A stretch of DNA of 32,000 nt from Vibrio alginolyticus NBRC 15630 = ATCC 17749 (GCF_000354175.2 NC_022359.1:330001-362000); one strand, 5' to 3'; shown: positions 1 to 8,516, counted from the first letter of the stretch. Numbers and translations: made by a program. The notes: generated from the sequence alone by a model not told the origin.

Positions 1-1004
1 TCCACACCACCGTGTATGGCGGTAACCAAATGATGGTACAGCGCTGTATGGCCGCGAAAAACATGGGCGATGCGAAAAAGGCAATGTTGATGATGGGCTA
101 CGTGGCCTTCTTTATTTACTTTGTCTTTATCTTGCTTGGCGTCCTGTTCAACGCTTATTACGACGGTAAAGAGTTTGAAAACGGCAACACCATCATTCTT
201 CATTATGCGAGTGAATATGGAATGCCAGGCTTGATGGGCATCATTGCCGCTGCGATTCTGGCGGCAAGTATGTCGAGTCTCGATTCCGCATTTAACTCAA
301 TGGCGACCGTTTCTGTGGCTGACTTTTACAAACGCTTCTACAAGCAAAACGAGTCGGAAGAGCATTACTTAAAGGTATCGCGTTTCTTCACGGTGGCGTG
401 GGCGATTTTGGTCATCATTCCAGCGATCATGTTTGCCACCAGCACAGGCTCGGTACTGGAAGTGCTGAGTAAGGCAGGCTCTTACTTTGTCGGTGCGAGC
501 TTCTGTATGTTCGTCCTTGGTTTCTACTCAAAACACATTACGGAAAAAGGCTTGTTAATTGGCGTTGCTGCTAGCTTCTTGGTGATCTGGTATGTAGCCG
601 TTGCGACCGATATTGCGTGGCCTTGGTATTGCGTGATTGGCGTCCTTGTGAATGCCGTTGTCGCTTACATTGCTAGCCTTCTCCTGACGGGTAAACAAGA
701 TGAAATGCATCTTTACACAGTGAAAGGCCAGCAAGCGGAATATGCTCGTCTAAATAAACCAATCAAGGAAGATGGTTGGTATGTCGTTCCCGGCAAAATC
801 GATGCTCCATGTTATGGTTTACTAGTGATGTTTGTATTCTCTCTCGTGATGCTTTGGGGGATCAACGCGTTTACCGACAACGCTCCTATGCTGATTAACT
901 TTATGCGTGGCTGCTCTATTCTTGTCGCTACCGCTTGCATCGGATACATGGGGTATTCACTCCTCTCCCCGAAACGTAAAGTTGCAGTCAAACAAGCAAA
1001 TTAA
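1..1004 (+). CDS. Sodium:solute symporter (SSF-type), C-terminal part; the 5' end lies outside the window
   Basis: The frame is open from position 3, upstream of the listed Met at 12, to TAA at 1002-1004. The product is a series of hydrophobic helices (GYVAFFIYFVFILLGVLF, FTVAWAILVIIPAIMFA, GVAASFLVIWYVAVA). It carries a GGNQxxVQRxxAAK segment typical of SSF permeases. A terminator follows. Confidence 0.7.
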   Translation, partial: HTTVYGGNQMMVQRCMAAKNMGDAKKAMLMMGYVAFFIYFVFILLGVLFNAYYDGKEFENGNTIILHYASEYGMPGLMGIIAAAILAASMSSLDSAFNSMATVSVADFYKRFYKQNESEEHYLKVSRFFTVAWAILVIIPAIMFATSTGSVLEVLSKAGSYFVGASFCMFVLGFYSKHITEKGLLIGVAASFLVIWYVAVATDIAWPWYCVIGVLVNAVVAYIASLLLTGKQDEMHLYTVKGQQAEYARLNKPIKEDGWYVVPGKIDAPCYGLLVMFVFSLVMLWGINAFTDNAPMLINFMRGCSILVATACIGYMGYSLLSPKRKVAVKQAN

Positions 1005-1073
1005 TCTTCTTTACGTAGATACTGTACGTCCAACAAACGGACAGTATCTACGCACTAGATCTAGTGCTAGCTC

Positions 1074-1111
1074 AAAGCAAACCAAATGGGTTAACCCACA
1101 TTTTGCTTTTT
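1074..1111 (+). terminator. Rho-independent terminator after the symporter gene
   Basis: aaagcaaa...tttgcttt outer stem with an inner tgggttaaccca palindrome, followed by a T-run (1107-1111). Confidence 0.6.
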
Positions 1112-1221
1112 AATACTCCAAAGCCATTATTCTACTTAGGATACCCCGTCAGAACATTTATGAATACGTACCTATTTATGCTAGTCTTATGACCTCAATT
1201 ACTGGCAACTAAGTTTTATTC

Positions 1222-2229
1222 ATGAAATCAATTAAACACGTAGTCACATCAAAAGATGTGGCAAAGATGGCAGGCGTCTCTCAATCTACTGTATCGCGCG
1301 TGTTTGTTCCGGGTAGCTCAGTATCCGAAAAGACCAAGCAAAAAGTCTTTGAAGCGGCTAAAGCCCTTAACTACCGCCCTAACGCCTTTGCACGTAGCCT
1401 GACCACAAACGAATCGAAATTGATAGGTTTGGTGTTTCCTGATGCGGATTACCCTATCCATATGAAAACACTGCAATTAATTTCCAGTGAGTTACAGAAA
1501 AAAGGTTATTCTGCCGTATTGATTCCATGGCAAGTGGATGAAGAAGAGGGCCACTCAATCCCAAATATCTTCCAGTATCGCGTCGATGGTGTCATTGCTG
1601 CTTCCGCAACCTTCAATAAGTCCCTTTATGAAGAATGTGAAGAGTTTAATATCCCAATTGTTCAATACGCACGAGTTGTTGAAGGTACTAGGAGTAGCTA
1701 CGTTATCAGTGACAACTACGAAGCAGGCCAACAAGCTGCGCAACTTCTGCACAAAAGTGGCGTGAAGAACGCGGTTTATTTGACGGGAGAAGTGCCAACC
1801 TTTACGAATGACGAACGTCAAAGCGGCTTCTGCTCTGAATTTGAAGACCTAACCGGCAAGACGCCACGCATCATTGAAGCCAGCTATGACTACGCGAGCT
1901 CACTTGATAAAGTCCGTGCCATACTGGCAGACAAAAATCGGCCTGAAGCGGTGTTCTGTGCAACCGATAACCTTGCGATGGCGGTCATGGATATCGCCCG
2001 TATAGAATGCGGGTTGAGGATTCCTCAGGACTTACAAGTCATTGGTTTTGATAATATTCCTCAGACAGAATGGTTAAGCTATCAATTAACCACGTTCCGC
2101 CAGGATTTCCGTCGCCTCGCTCGCGAGTGCGTGAAGATCATTGTTGATCAAATTAATACGAAAAACGGCAGCCTAGTAAAAATGATGGTGCCAGTGAAGT
2201 TAATCGAGCGCCAGACAACAAAAGCTTAA
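1222..2229 (+). CDS. LacI/GalR-family transcriptional regulator
   Basis: ATG start. N-terminal HTH TSKDVAKMAGVSQSTVSRVF plus ALNYRPNAFARSL, followed by a periplasmic-binding-protein-like sugar-binding fold (IGLVFPD..., VDGVIA, CATDNLAMAVM, VIGFDNIP). 335 aa is the typical length. Confidence 0.9.
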   Translation: MKSIKHVVTSKDVAKMAGVSQSTVSRVFVPGSSVSEKTKQKVFEAAKALNYRPNAFARSLTTNESKLIGLVFPDADYPIHMKTLQLISSELQKKGYSAVLIPWQVDEEEGHSIPNIFQYRVDGVIAASATFNKSLYEECEEFNIPIVQYARVVEGTRSSYVISDNYEAGQQAAQLLHKSGVKNAVYLTGEVPTFTNDERQSGFCSEFEDLTGKTPRIIEASYDYASSLDKVRAILADKNRPEAVFCATDNLAMAVMDIARIECGLRIPQDLQVIGFDNIPQTEWLSYQLTTFRQDFRRLARECVKIIVDQINTKNGSLVKMMVPVKLIERQTTKA

Positions 2230-2238
2230 ATAGCTATA

Positions 2239-2262
2239 GCCAGCCATTCGGTTGGCTTTTTT
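2239..2262 (+). terminator. Rho-independent terminator after the LacI-family gene
   Basis: gccagcc / ggttggc stem with one G-U pair and a 4-nt loop, then TTTTTT. Confidence 0.7.
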
Positions 2263-2375
2263 ATTTGCCTCTGACTCCCAAACGGCTCATTTAGTGTTGT
2301 AAGCATTAATGAACCCATGTATATTTATGAGCTATTACACTATATGAACCAAACAAAAAGAGGCTCATAATCCTT

Positions 2376-3020
2376 ATGACCACGTATCTTTACACTCGTT
2401 ATTCGCCAAAAAATCGAGCTTACCAAGAGCACCTTAATACTCTAAAAGCTTTTGCGCCCGAAGCTCAGCATTTTGAGGATAAGGTTCGTGGTTGCATGCC
2501 TCCAACCGAGAGAGAGGCATTCTTACGACTGCTCGATTCCGTCAGAGCTGGGGATACGATTGTGCTCTGGTGGCTGACCGCATTTGGTCGCGACTTTAGT
2601 CAAGCATTGAACACGATAAAAATGCTACTCGATAAAGGAGTAATATTGAAAACTGTATGTGAATCAATAACTTTTGAGCCAGGTTCTGTTCAGACTCAAA
2701 CACTACTCACAGTGTTATCTGGATATGGGAAAGTGCAGACTGAACATCGCCTGTTTGCCGCAGAGCAAGGGCGACAGGCCATTAAAGAGCAGCCAGAATT
2801 ATGGAAACAGAAGTTTCGCGGCCGCCCCGCAAACAAAACCAAACACCAACAGATCGCAACGTTACTGCTAGAAGGCTACACATTGCAAAACGTAGCAGAG
2901 CAATGCGAAGTCAGTCTATCGACTGTGAAGCGGGTCAAAGCAAAGCTAAATGAAGTGGATGACGAAGGCGGCTTAAGCTCACGACGCCAAAAAGGTTGTT
3001 TGAATGGAGACCAGTCATGA
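2376..3020 (+). CDS. Serine-recombinase (resolvase/invertase)-like protein with a C-terminal HTH; the catalytic motif is degenerate
   Basis: N-terminus YLYTRYSPKN aligns to resolvase YARVSTxxQ, with Ser10 retained. GDTIVLWWLTAFGRD aligns to GDxLVVxKLDRLGRD. FRGRPANKT plus GYTLQNVAEQCEVSLSTVKRV is a resolvase-type C-terminal HTH. The stop TGA (3018-3020) overlaps the next ATG. Confidence 0.75.
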   Translation: MTTYLYTRYSPKNRAYQEHLNTLKAFAPEAQHFEDKVRGCMPPTEREAFLRLLDSVRAGDTIVLWWLTAFGRDFSQALNTIKMLLDKGVILKTVCESITFEPGSVQTQTLLTVLSGYGKVQTEHRLFAAEQGRQAIKEQPELWKQKFRGRPANKTKHQQIATLLLEGYTLQNVAEQCEVSLSTVKRVKAKLNEVDDEGGLSSRRQKGCLNGDQS

Positions 3021-4201
3021 GTCGCCCAATCAACTTTCATACTATACTACTCGCCTGTCTTATTATTAGCGTTGGCCAGTTGAGCATGGGGCTAGTTATG
3101 CCCTCTTTGCCATGGATAGCAAAAGACTTTTCCATCTCCCTCGACCAAGCTCAACTGCTTGTGAGTATTTATTTGCTCGGCTTCGGCCCCTCTCAATTTA
3201 TCTACGGGCCAGTGTCAGATGCTTTAGGACGAAAAAGAGTATTACTTACCGGTTTACTCATCGCGATGTCTGGTCTGCTGATAATTATTTTCTTCAGTGA
3301 CACATTTACAGGGATGGTGATGGGGCGCTTTTTACAAGGGTTAGGTACAGGATGCTGCGCGGTACTCGCGAGGGCGTCGACTCGAGATAGATTTAGCGGG
3401 GATGAACTCCCAGTGGCAATGTCTTACATCGCCATGGCGGCTTCAATCACGCCACTTATTGCACCTGTGATTGGCGGCTTTATCAACTTCCACTTCGGTT
3501 GGAGTATGGTGTTTATTTCTCTGTTGGGCTATGTCTCGCTGGCTTGGGTAATCATCGCCTTTAAGTTCACAGAAACCATCACAAAACGTTCTGTCATTCC
3601 GTCACCCCGAAAAATGTTACTCCAATACAAGAGCTTACTTACGTCTCGTTACTTTATGAGTTTCGCCAGTATCAGTTGGTTAAACTTCAGCTTAATGATT
3701 ACGACAGTCTCTGTGATGCCATTTATCATGCAAGATCAAATTGGCATGACCTCCGCTCAATACGCGATGTGGGCGCTCATTCCCGCTTTGGGTATGTTAT
3801 GTGGTACCACGATTTGTAACCGAGTAAGGCCAATTATTGGCAATAAAAAAATGCTGCTCTGCACCCCATTTCTTCACCTCGCTGCCGCAATATGGTTATT
3901 TTTCTGTCCTGTTGAGCCTCTATTTCTGATGCTAGGACAGCTATTAATGATCTTGGGTAATGGTATTGCCCTACCTTGTGCACAAGCGATGGTAATGCAA
4001 CCTTATAAAAAGCAAGCAGGTGCCGCAGCGGCAATGTCTGGTGGTGGACAAATGGTCGTCTCCTCATTGGTCAGCTTAACTCTGGTGCAGCTTGGATTGA
4101 GTCAAGCATGGCATCTAGCGATCGTTATCGTAATATTTGCATCGCTTACCTTCACCAACATTCAACGTGGCTTCAGTGCAGAGCAACCTTCAGAACGATA
4201 A
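3017..4201 (+). CDS. MFS efflux transporter, Bcr/CflA-like (12-TM drug:H+ antiporter type)
   Basis: Start chosen at ATG 3017 (MSRPINF...), which forms an ATGA overlap with the upstream stop and has a GGAGA Shine-Dalgarno at 3006-3010. The listed start at 2996 would be a 7-codon extension. MFS motif A-like GPVSDALGRKRVLL, motif GRFLQGLGTG, and about 12 hydrophobic segments. Confidence 0.85.
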   Translation: MSRPINFHTILLACLIISVGQLSMGLVMPSLPWIAKDFSISLDQAQLLVSIYLLGFGPSQFIYGPVSDALGRKRVLLTGLLIAMSGLLIIIFFSDTFTGMVMGRFLQGLGTGCCAVLARASTRDRFSGDELPVAMSYIAMAASITPLIAPVIGGFINFHFGWSMVFISLLGYVSLAWVIIAFKFTETITKRSVIPSPRKMLLQYKSLLTSRYFMSFASISWLNFSLMITTVSVMPFIMQDQIGMTSAQYAMWALIPALGMLCGTTICNRVRPIIGNKKMLLCTPFLHLAAAIWLFFCPVEPLFLMLGQLLMILGNGIALPCAQAMVMQPYKKQAGAAAAMSGGGQMVVSSLVSLTLVQLGLSQAWHLAIVIVIFASLTFTNIQRGFSAEQPSER

Positions 4202-4278
4202 CAAAAAACATACTATTGTCCTTATAGTTACGACAAATCGTATAAACTTAAATTTAGGAAAAGTTGGCGGATACTAAC

Positions 4279-4923
4279 ATGATGTTGCATTTAAGAATGG
4301 GCGCCTTAACACTCGCCACATTGATATCCGCTGGCACTGATGCGAGCGCCAACGAGAACTGGCAGTTCGAGAGTGACAAGAATGGAATCACAATTTACTC
4401 CCGAGAACATAGTGACGGTTTAGTTGAGATCCGTGCCCGGATGTTCACACCCACCAGCTATGGTGCATTTTTAACGCTACTGGAAGACAGTGACAATATC
4501 CCGAACTGGATTGACAATGCCAGTCATAGCCGGGTTTTAAATCAGATATCGGCCACCGAGAACATCGTTTACACCCAGTTTAAAGCACCATGGCCTGCCA
4601 AAAATCGGGATATGGTCACCTACTCAAAGTACTGGGTCGATGAGCTGGGATTCACGATAGAAATCAAAAGCGCACCTGACTCATATCTTGCTGAACAAAA
4701 TGGTTATGTTCGAATTCGCTCGGTTGATGCGACTTGGGAGTTACAAAAACTCACAAACGATACAACACTCGTGGAATACAAGGCGTTTGCTGACCCCGGA
4801 GGTCTATTGCCAAACTGGCTGATCAACAAACTCTCAAAAGAAAGTGCATGGGCGACATTTAGTAATTTAAGAAAAGAGTTACCTGAATATCAGCAATACT
4901 CTCATCCTCAAATAGATGAGTAA
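4279..4923 (+). CDS. Exported START/SRPBCC-domain (lipid-binding fold) protein
   Basis: Signal peptide MMLHLRMGALTLATLISAGTDASA. The body (NWQFESDKNGITIYSRE..., FLTLLEDSDNIPNWIDN, APWPAKNRDMV, ADPGGLLPNWLINK) matches the START-domain pattern. An alternative TTG start at 4264 is the one in the ORF track. Confidence 0.7.
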   Translation: MMLHLRMGALTLATLISAGTDASANENWQFESDKNGITIYSREHSDGLVEIRARMFTPTSYGAFLTLLEDSDNIPNWIDNASHSRVLNQISATENIVYTQFKAPWPAKNRDMVTYSKYWVDELGFTIEIKSAPDSYLAEQNGYVRIRSVDATWELQKLTNDTTLVEYKAFADPGGLLPNWLINKLSKESAWATFSNLRKELPEYQQYSHPQIDE

Positions 4924-4966
4924 GCGTCGCTCTTCCCACTCGCTTTTTAATACGGTACATAATAAC

Positions 4967-4992
4967 AAAAGGCGGCTTCAAGCCGCCTTTTT
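4967..4992. terminator. Bidirectional rho-independent terminator between convergent genes
   Basis: ggcggct / agccgcc 7-bp GC-rich stem with a 3-nt loop, flanked by an A-run (4967-4970) and a T-run (4988-4992). Confidence 0.75.
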
Positions 4993-5004
4993 CTACGCAA
5001 TGTG

Positions 5005-6759
5005 TTACTGCTGTGCAACCGTTACAGGTTTAGTTGCACCGCGGTAATCAAACTCAAAACCAATACCTTGGTCTGTCACGTCCATCGTCATACCACCAAC
5101 AAGCTCGCCTTGTAAGCTTTTGACAACATCATCCGGAACCGGCTCCCCTGTGATTGACGACGCACTCTCTAACACTTCCAAAATACGCTCTGAATCAAAA
5201 TCAAAGCTGAACAAGCCATTTGGAGAAAGTGATTGCGCCATCACTTCTTTGCTTGCTTCCGCAGCACTATCACCACTGTAAAGGGTGAAATGGTTTTCGT
5301 TTAAACGAGCAAACACGTCCACCTTCATGCCAGTATGCATTTCTAATAGGTCACTGACATTAACAGGTTGGTTATCCGGTTGAATTTGCAATTGAGCAAG
5401 TTCAGGAACGAACATTTGCGCAGTTTGAATAAGCATCATTGGATCATTGGCAGAAAGAGACAACATACCATCTAGCTGGCTAAATACTTCACCATGCTGA
5501 GCATTAGTATCTACTTTGATATCAAACATTTGCAGGCTTAACCCTTTAAGGCCATTAACCATGCCTGACCCCATGCTTACAGCGGCTGCTGGATTCTGGC
5601 CGCCCATCTCTTGCTGCATTTGTGTCAATAAAGAGCATTGATATTGAGGCTGGGTCAAGTCAGCCCAAATCTGACCAATCGATGGCGCTAGAGTATTAAT
5701 GTCTAAACCAAGCGCCATACTAAAGAAACTCTTATCACTTTTAGACTCAGCCAATACACCACGAATCGACTTGAGCGCATCTAGAATCACTTTATTGTTG
5801 GACTCAACAACAAAAGAACCTTTAATGAACGCCTGATCGCCTTTCATCTTGTATTCTGCAAACGCGACGGACTGAGGCCAGTTTTCTGCAACTTGAGTAA
5901 GCTCAGTATGGCAGGCTGGTGAACGCATTTCCTCAATCGTTGGTTCAGGATCTATTGCATCCAACGTGCTGATTTGACGAGCAAACATATTGCCATCTTT
6001 CGTCGTCAAACCTTTAATCACTTCGCGATGATCAAAGTAACCAAAAGAGTTGTTGTTTTCACCGTATTTGGCTTGCAACGCCTCAAGGCGTCCACTGTCA
6101 GCAATATTTTGACTTGGTGCTTCAAGCCCTAATGCCATTTTAATCGGGTTTTGAACGCCCAGTTGCGGAACATCAACCGTTAACGTAAGCACGTTATCAA
6201 CCACGGCTACAACCAAGCCAATACCGTCCTGCGGGTCAATTGAATCAGTCATCTCGTAACGACGATACTCGACTTCACCAAGCTTAACCAACTCATGCTT
6301 AGCGCCGCTCATCTGCTCTTCATGATCCAGTGTTTTCCATAACGCGGCAGGGTCTTCAATATCCACTTTGTACACCGGTACCATACCAATTGTGTACAAC
6401 ACAGGATTAATGTTTTCCCCGGTGCCCAAATAAGCTTTTAATGTTTCTGGCGACGCAGCACTCTCTAGGTATCCATCGAATAAGTTAACTGCAAACTGCT
6501 GTTGTGGAGACAGTGGTTCATCGGCAAAAAGTTCTGCAATCGAGCCTTGATTCGCCGTACCGAATGCGTTCATGTATTTATAATGGTTAAAAGGTTCTGT
6601 CTGATACGTCACCATAAGTGAATCTGCAGGAACTTGCGTTAACAGTGAGCCTGCATCACTCGCGGTAGTATTGTTTTGGTACAGGTAGCCAGCGCCCCCT
6701 GCTGCTGCGACCACTGCTGTAGCCAATAGTAGTTTTTTCACGACCAACTCCGTTGTCAT
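5005..6759 (-). CDS. Exported or membrane-anchored protein of unknown function (584 aa)
   Basis: Long uninterrupted ORF. N-terminal hydrophobic segment KKLLLATAVVAAAGGAGYLY. AGGAAC Shine-Dalgarno about 10 nt upstream, and a terminator downstream. I recognise no catalytic motif. It might belong to a DUF-type periplasmic family, but I cannot verify this. Confidence 0.7.
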   Translation of the reverse strand: MTTELVVKKLLLATAVVAAAGGAGYLYQNNTTASDAGSLLTQVPADSLMVTYQTEPFNHYKYMNAFGTANQGSIAELFADEPLSPQQQFAVNLFDGYLESAASPETLKAYLGTGENINPVLYTIGMVPVYKVDIEDPAALWKTLDHEEQMSGAKHELVKLGEVEYRRYEMTDSIDPQDGIGLVVAVVDNVLTLTVDVPQLGVQNPIKMALGLEAPSQNIADSGRLEALQAKYGENNNSFGYFDHREVIKGLTTKDGNMFARQISTLDAIDPEPTIEEMRSPACHTELTQVAENWPQSVAFAEYKMKGDQAFIKGSFVVESNNKVILDALKSIRGVLAESKSDKSFFSMALGLDINTLAPSIGQIWADLTQPQYQCSLLTQMQQEMGGQNPAAAVSMGSGMVNGLKGLSLQMFDIKVDTNAQHGEVFSQLDGMLSLSANDPMMLIQTAQMFVPELAQLQIQPDNQPVNVSDLLEMHTGMKVDVFARLNENHFTLYSGDSAAEASKEVMAQSLSPNGLFSFDFDSERILEVLESASSITGEPVPDDVVKSLQGELVGGMTMDVTDQGIGFEFDYRGATKPVTVAQQ

Positions 6760-7186
6760 AGTTATGTGTTCCTAAACGAAATGTAACGCTTAGGTTTAAA
6801 GCCAATGAATAGTGCTTTATATCAACCGCTATCATAAACAAGTTATCGATGTAATGAATGTCGGTTTGATAAATTATCCAACATTTATAAGGCAAACCGT
6901 GAAGTAAGTTGAATTGCGTGCGGATGCTATTGGCAATATTCACAATCCAATTTCTCGGATAACCGCCTTAAAAATCATAATATTCAGTTAAATGAAGCGA
7001 TTTGGAGTAATTACGACCAAAATCAGCAGAATATTAAATCTTTATTGAGTCTTTTATCTAATATCTGAAAACGCCTCACGACCTGACACTTCTTTCCAAT
7101 TTGCCTCTGGCGGTCCCTACTCGTTTTCCTTACATTCCTACTAACTCAGTGACGAGACGTATACCAAATACGAGCAATAGAAGACG

Positions 7187-8140
7187 ATGAAAGACCAGTT
7201 GACGATCTCTATATCAACTATCAATGGCTCAAGACATTGGTACTTCAGTAAAAGGATGCAACGCAACATAAAAACGTTTTTCGTTTTTTTTGTTGTTGCT
7301 CTGGCCGCGACCGTAATCTTAATTCATCACTTGTACACTCGCGTTGATAATGCAGCGTTAAAACAAGCTGAATTGACAGAGCATTCACGCACCATGGGTG
7401 AAGAGCTCAGCACACTGAAAACACTTAAATCAGAGCTAGAAAATGACCTTTCAGAACGGGAAGAACGGGTACAACTTGTTTCGGAACGTTTGGGGGAATT
7501 AGAGAAAGTGCTTGGGGTTGGAGAACATACCTCGACAAATAACTTGGATGCTAGGCTCGATGCAGCGGCGATAACCTCAAACGTTCGCATGGTGTTATTA
7601 AACCAAATACCAAGTGGTTCTCCAGTCGGCAACGTACGGCTATCTTCCGGATTCGGTAAGCGTATCCATCCGGTGACAAAAGTTGCCAAAATGCATCGTG
7701 GGCTCGATTTTGCCGTAAATATCGGTACCAAAATTTATGCCCCTGCCGATGGGGTAGTGGAAGTTACCCGCCGCAGTAATAAAGGCTCTGGTAACTTCCT
7801 CAGGCTACAACATTCTTTCGGTTTTTCGAGTTCTTATTCGCACTTGAAAGCGTTCAAAGTAAAAAGTGGTCAGTTCGTCAAAAAAGGGCAGCTGATTGCA
7901 ATTTCCGGCAACAGTGGGCTCTCTTCTGGCCCTCACCTGCATTACGAGGTGCGATTTGTTGGGCGAGCACTGAATCCGAAACCATTTGTCGATTGGAGCC
8001 TTAATGATTTCGAAGACATTTTTACTAAGGAGCGAAGAATACGATGGGAATCTTTAATCAAAACAGTGGAACAACGAGTAGCTCAGCAGCTTCAACTCTC
8101 ATCGCCAAAGGCTGTTCTCTTAGCGGAGAACTCAAAGTAG
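7187..8140 (+). CDS. Membrane-anchored coiled-coil M23 (LytM-type) metallopeptidase, LmdC-like architecture
   Basis: Short cytoplasmic N-terminus, TM helix FFVFFVVALAATVILI and a heptad-rich segment (LKQAELTEH...LSTLKTLKSELENDLSEREERVQLVSERLGELEKVL). The M23 domain carries HRGLDFAV, YAPADGVV and the SGPHLHYEV zinc-ligand motifs. Confidence 0.85.
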   Translation: MKDQLTISISTINGSRHWYFSKRMQRNIKTFFVFFVVALAATVILIHHLYTRVDNAALKQAELTEHSRTMGEELSTLKTLKSELENDLSEREERVQLVSERLGELEKVLGVGEHTSTNNLDARLDAAAITSNVRMVLLNQIPSGSPVGNVRLSSGFGKRIHPVTKVAKMHRGLDFAVNIGTKIYAPADGVVEVTRRSNKGSGNFLRLQHSFGFSSSYSHLKAFKVKSGQFVKKGQLIAISGNSGLSSGPHLHYEVRFVGRALNPKPFVDWSLNDFEDIFTKERRIRWESLIKTVEQRVAQQLQLSSPKAVLLAENSK

Positions 8141-8496
8141 AAAACGATGTCCAGATTGATGGCATCGTCGATGGTCAAATTAACGTGGAAGGCACTCTCG
8201 TTGTCGCAGAAAGCGGGCGAGTAAACGGTGAAATCTACGCTAAACAGCTGATCATTAACGGCATGATGGACGGAAACTGTCACGCAGAACACATTCAAGT
8301 GCTTGCCAAGGGACGCGTAAGCGGTAGGATCTGGAGCAATAACCTCAGCATTGAACCTGGTGGCAAATTCTTTGGTGAAGCAGCCGAATTACCTGAAAAG
8401 GAAGTGGTAACGTTAAAGGGTAAGGCTCAAGACAGTGCGAACACAAAAGAAAACAACACCAACAATGAAAAGCGACTTGCGCGTAAATCAGCATAA
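8044..8496 (+). CDS. Bactofilin (polymer-forming cytoskeletal protein, CcmA/BacA family)
   Basis: A beta-helical repeat pattern runs from STLIAKGCSLSGELKVENDVQIDGIVDGQINVEGTLVVAESGRVNGEIYAKQLIINGMMDG to LSIEPGGKFFGE. Disordered N-terminal tail and a K/N/E-rich C-terminal tail. A strong AAGGAG at 8027-8032 sits upstream of ATG 8044, inside the M23 gene. Confidence 0.85.
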   Translation: MGIFNQNSGTTSSSAASTLIAKGCSLSGELKVENDVQIDGIVDGQINVEGTLVVAESGRVNGEIYAKQLIINGMMDGNCHAEHIQVLAKGRVSGRIWSNNLSIEPGGKFFGEAAELPEKEVVTLKGKAQDSANTKENNTNNEKRLARKSA

Positions 8497-8516
8497 AACG
8501 CTCTGATTAAAGTGCT

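Noticed and set aside
907-1113. 68-aa plus-strand ORF overlapping the end of the symporter gene and the palindrome cluster
   Set aside because: It is out of frame with the symporter and runs through three hairpins including the terminator. It is most likely non-coding.
2230-4263. Possibility that the recombinase-like gene marks an invertible segment or a mobile element (res/hix sites, terminal inverted repeats)
   Set aside because: I compared the flanks at 2230-2375 and 4202-4263. I found only weak similarities: gctcat/atgagc hexamers at 2284-2290, 2327-2332 and 2362-2368, and ctatt...tata. There were no convincing inverted or direct repeats, no transposase and no obvious compositional shift. 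I cannot rule it out without a computational repeat search.
6656-6943. 95-aa minus-strand ORF spanning the start of the 584-aa gene and the upstream intergenic region
   Set aside because: It overlaps the real gene's 5' end out of frame. It has no RBS, its composition is AT-rich and intergenic-like, and it has no recognisable domain.
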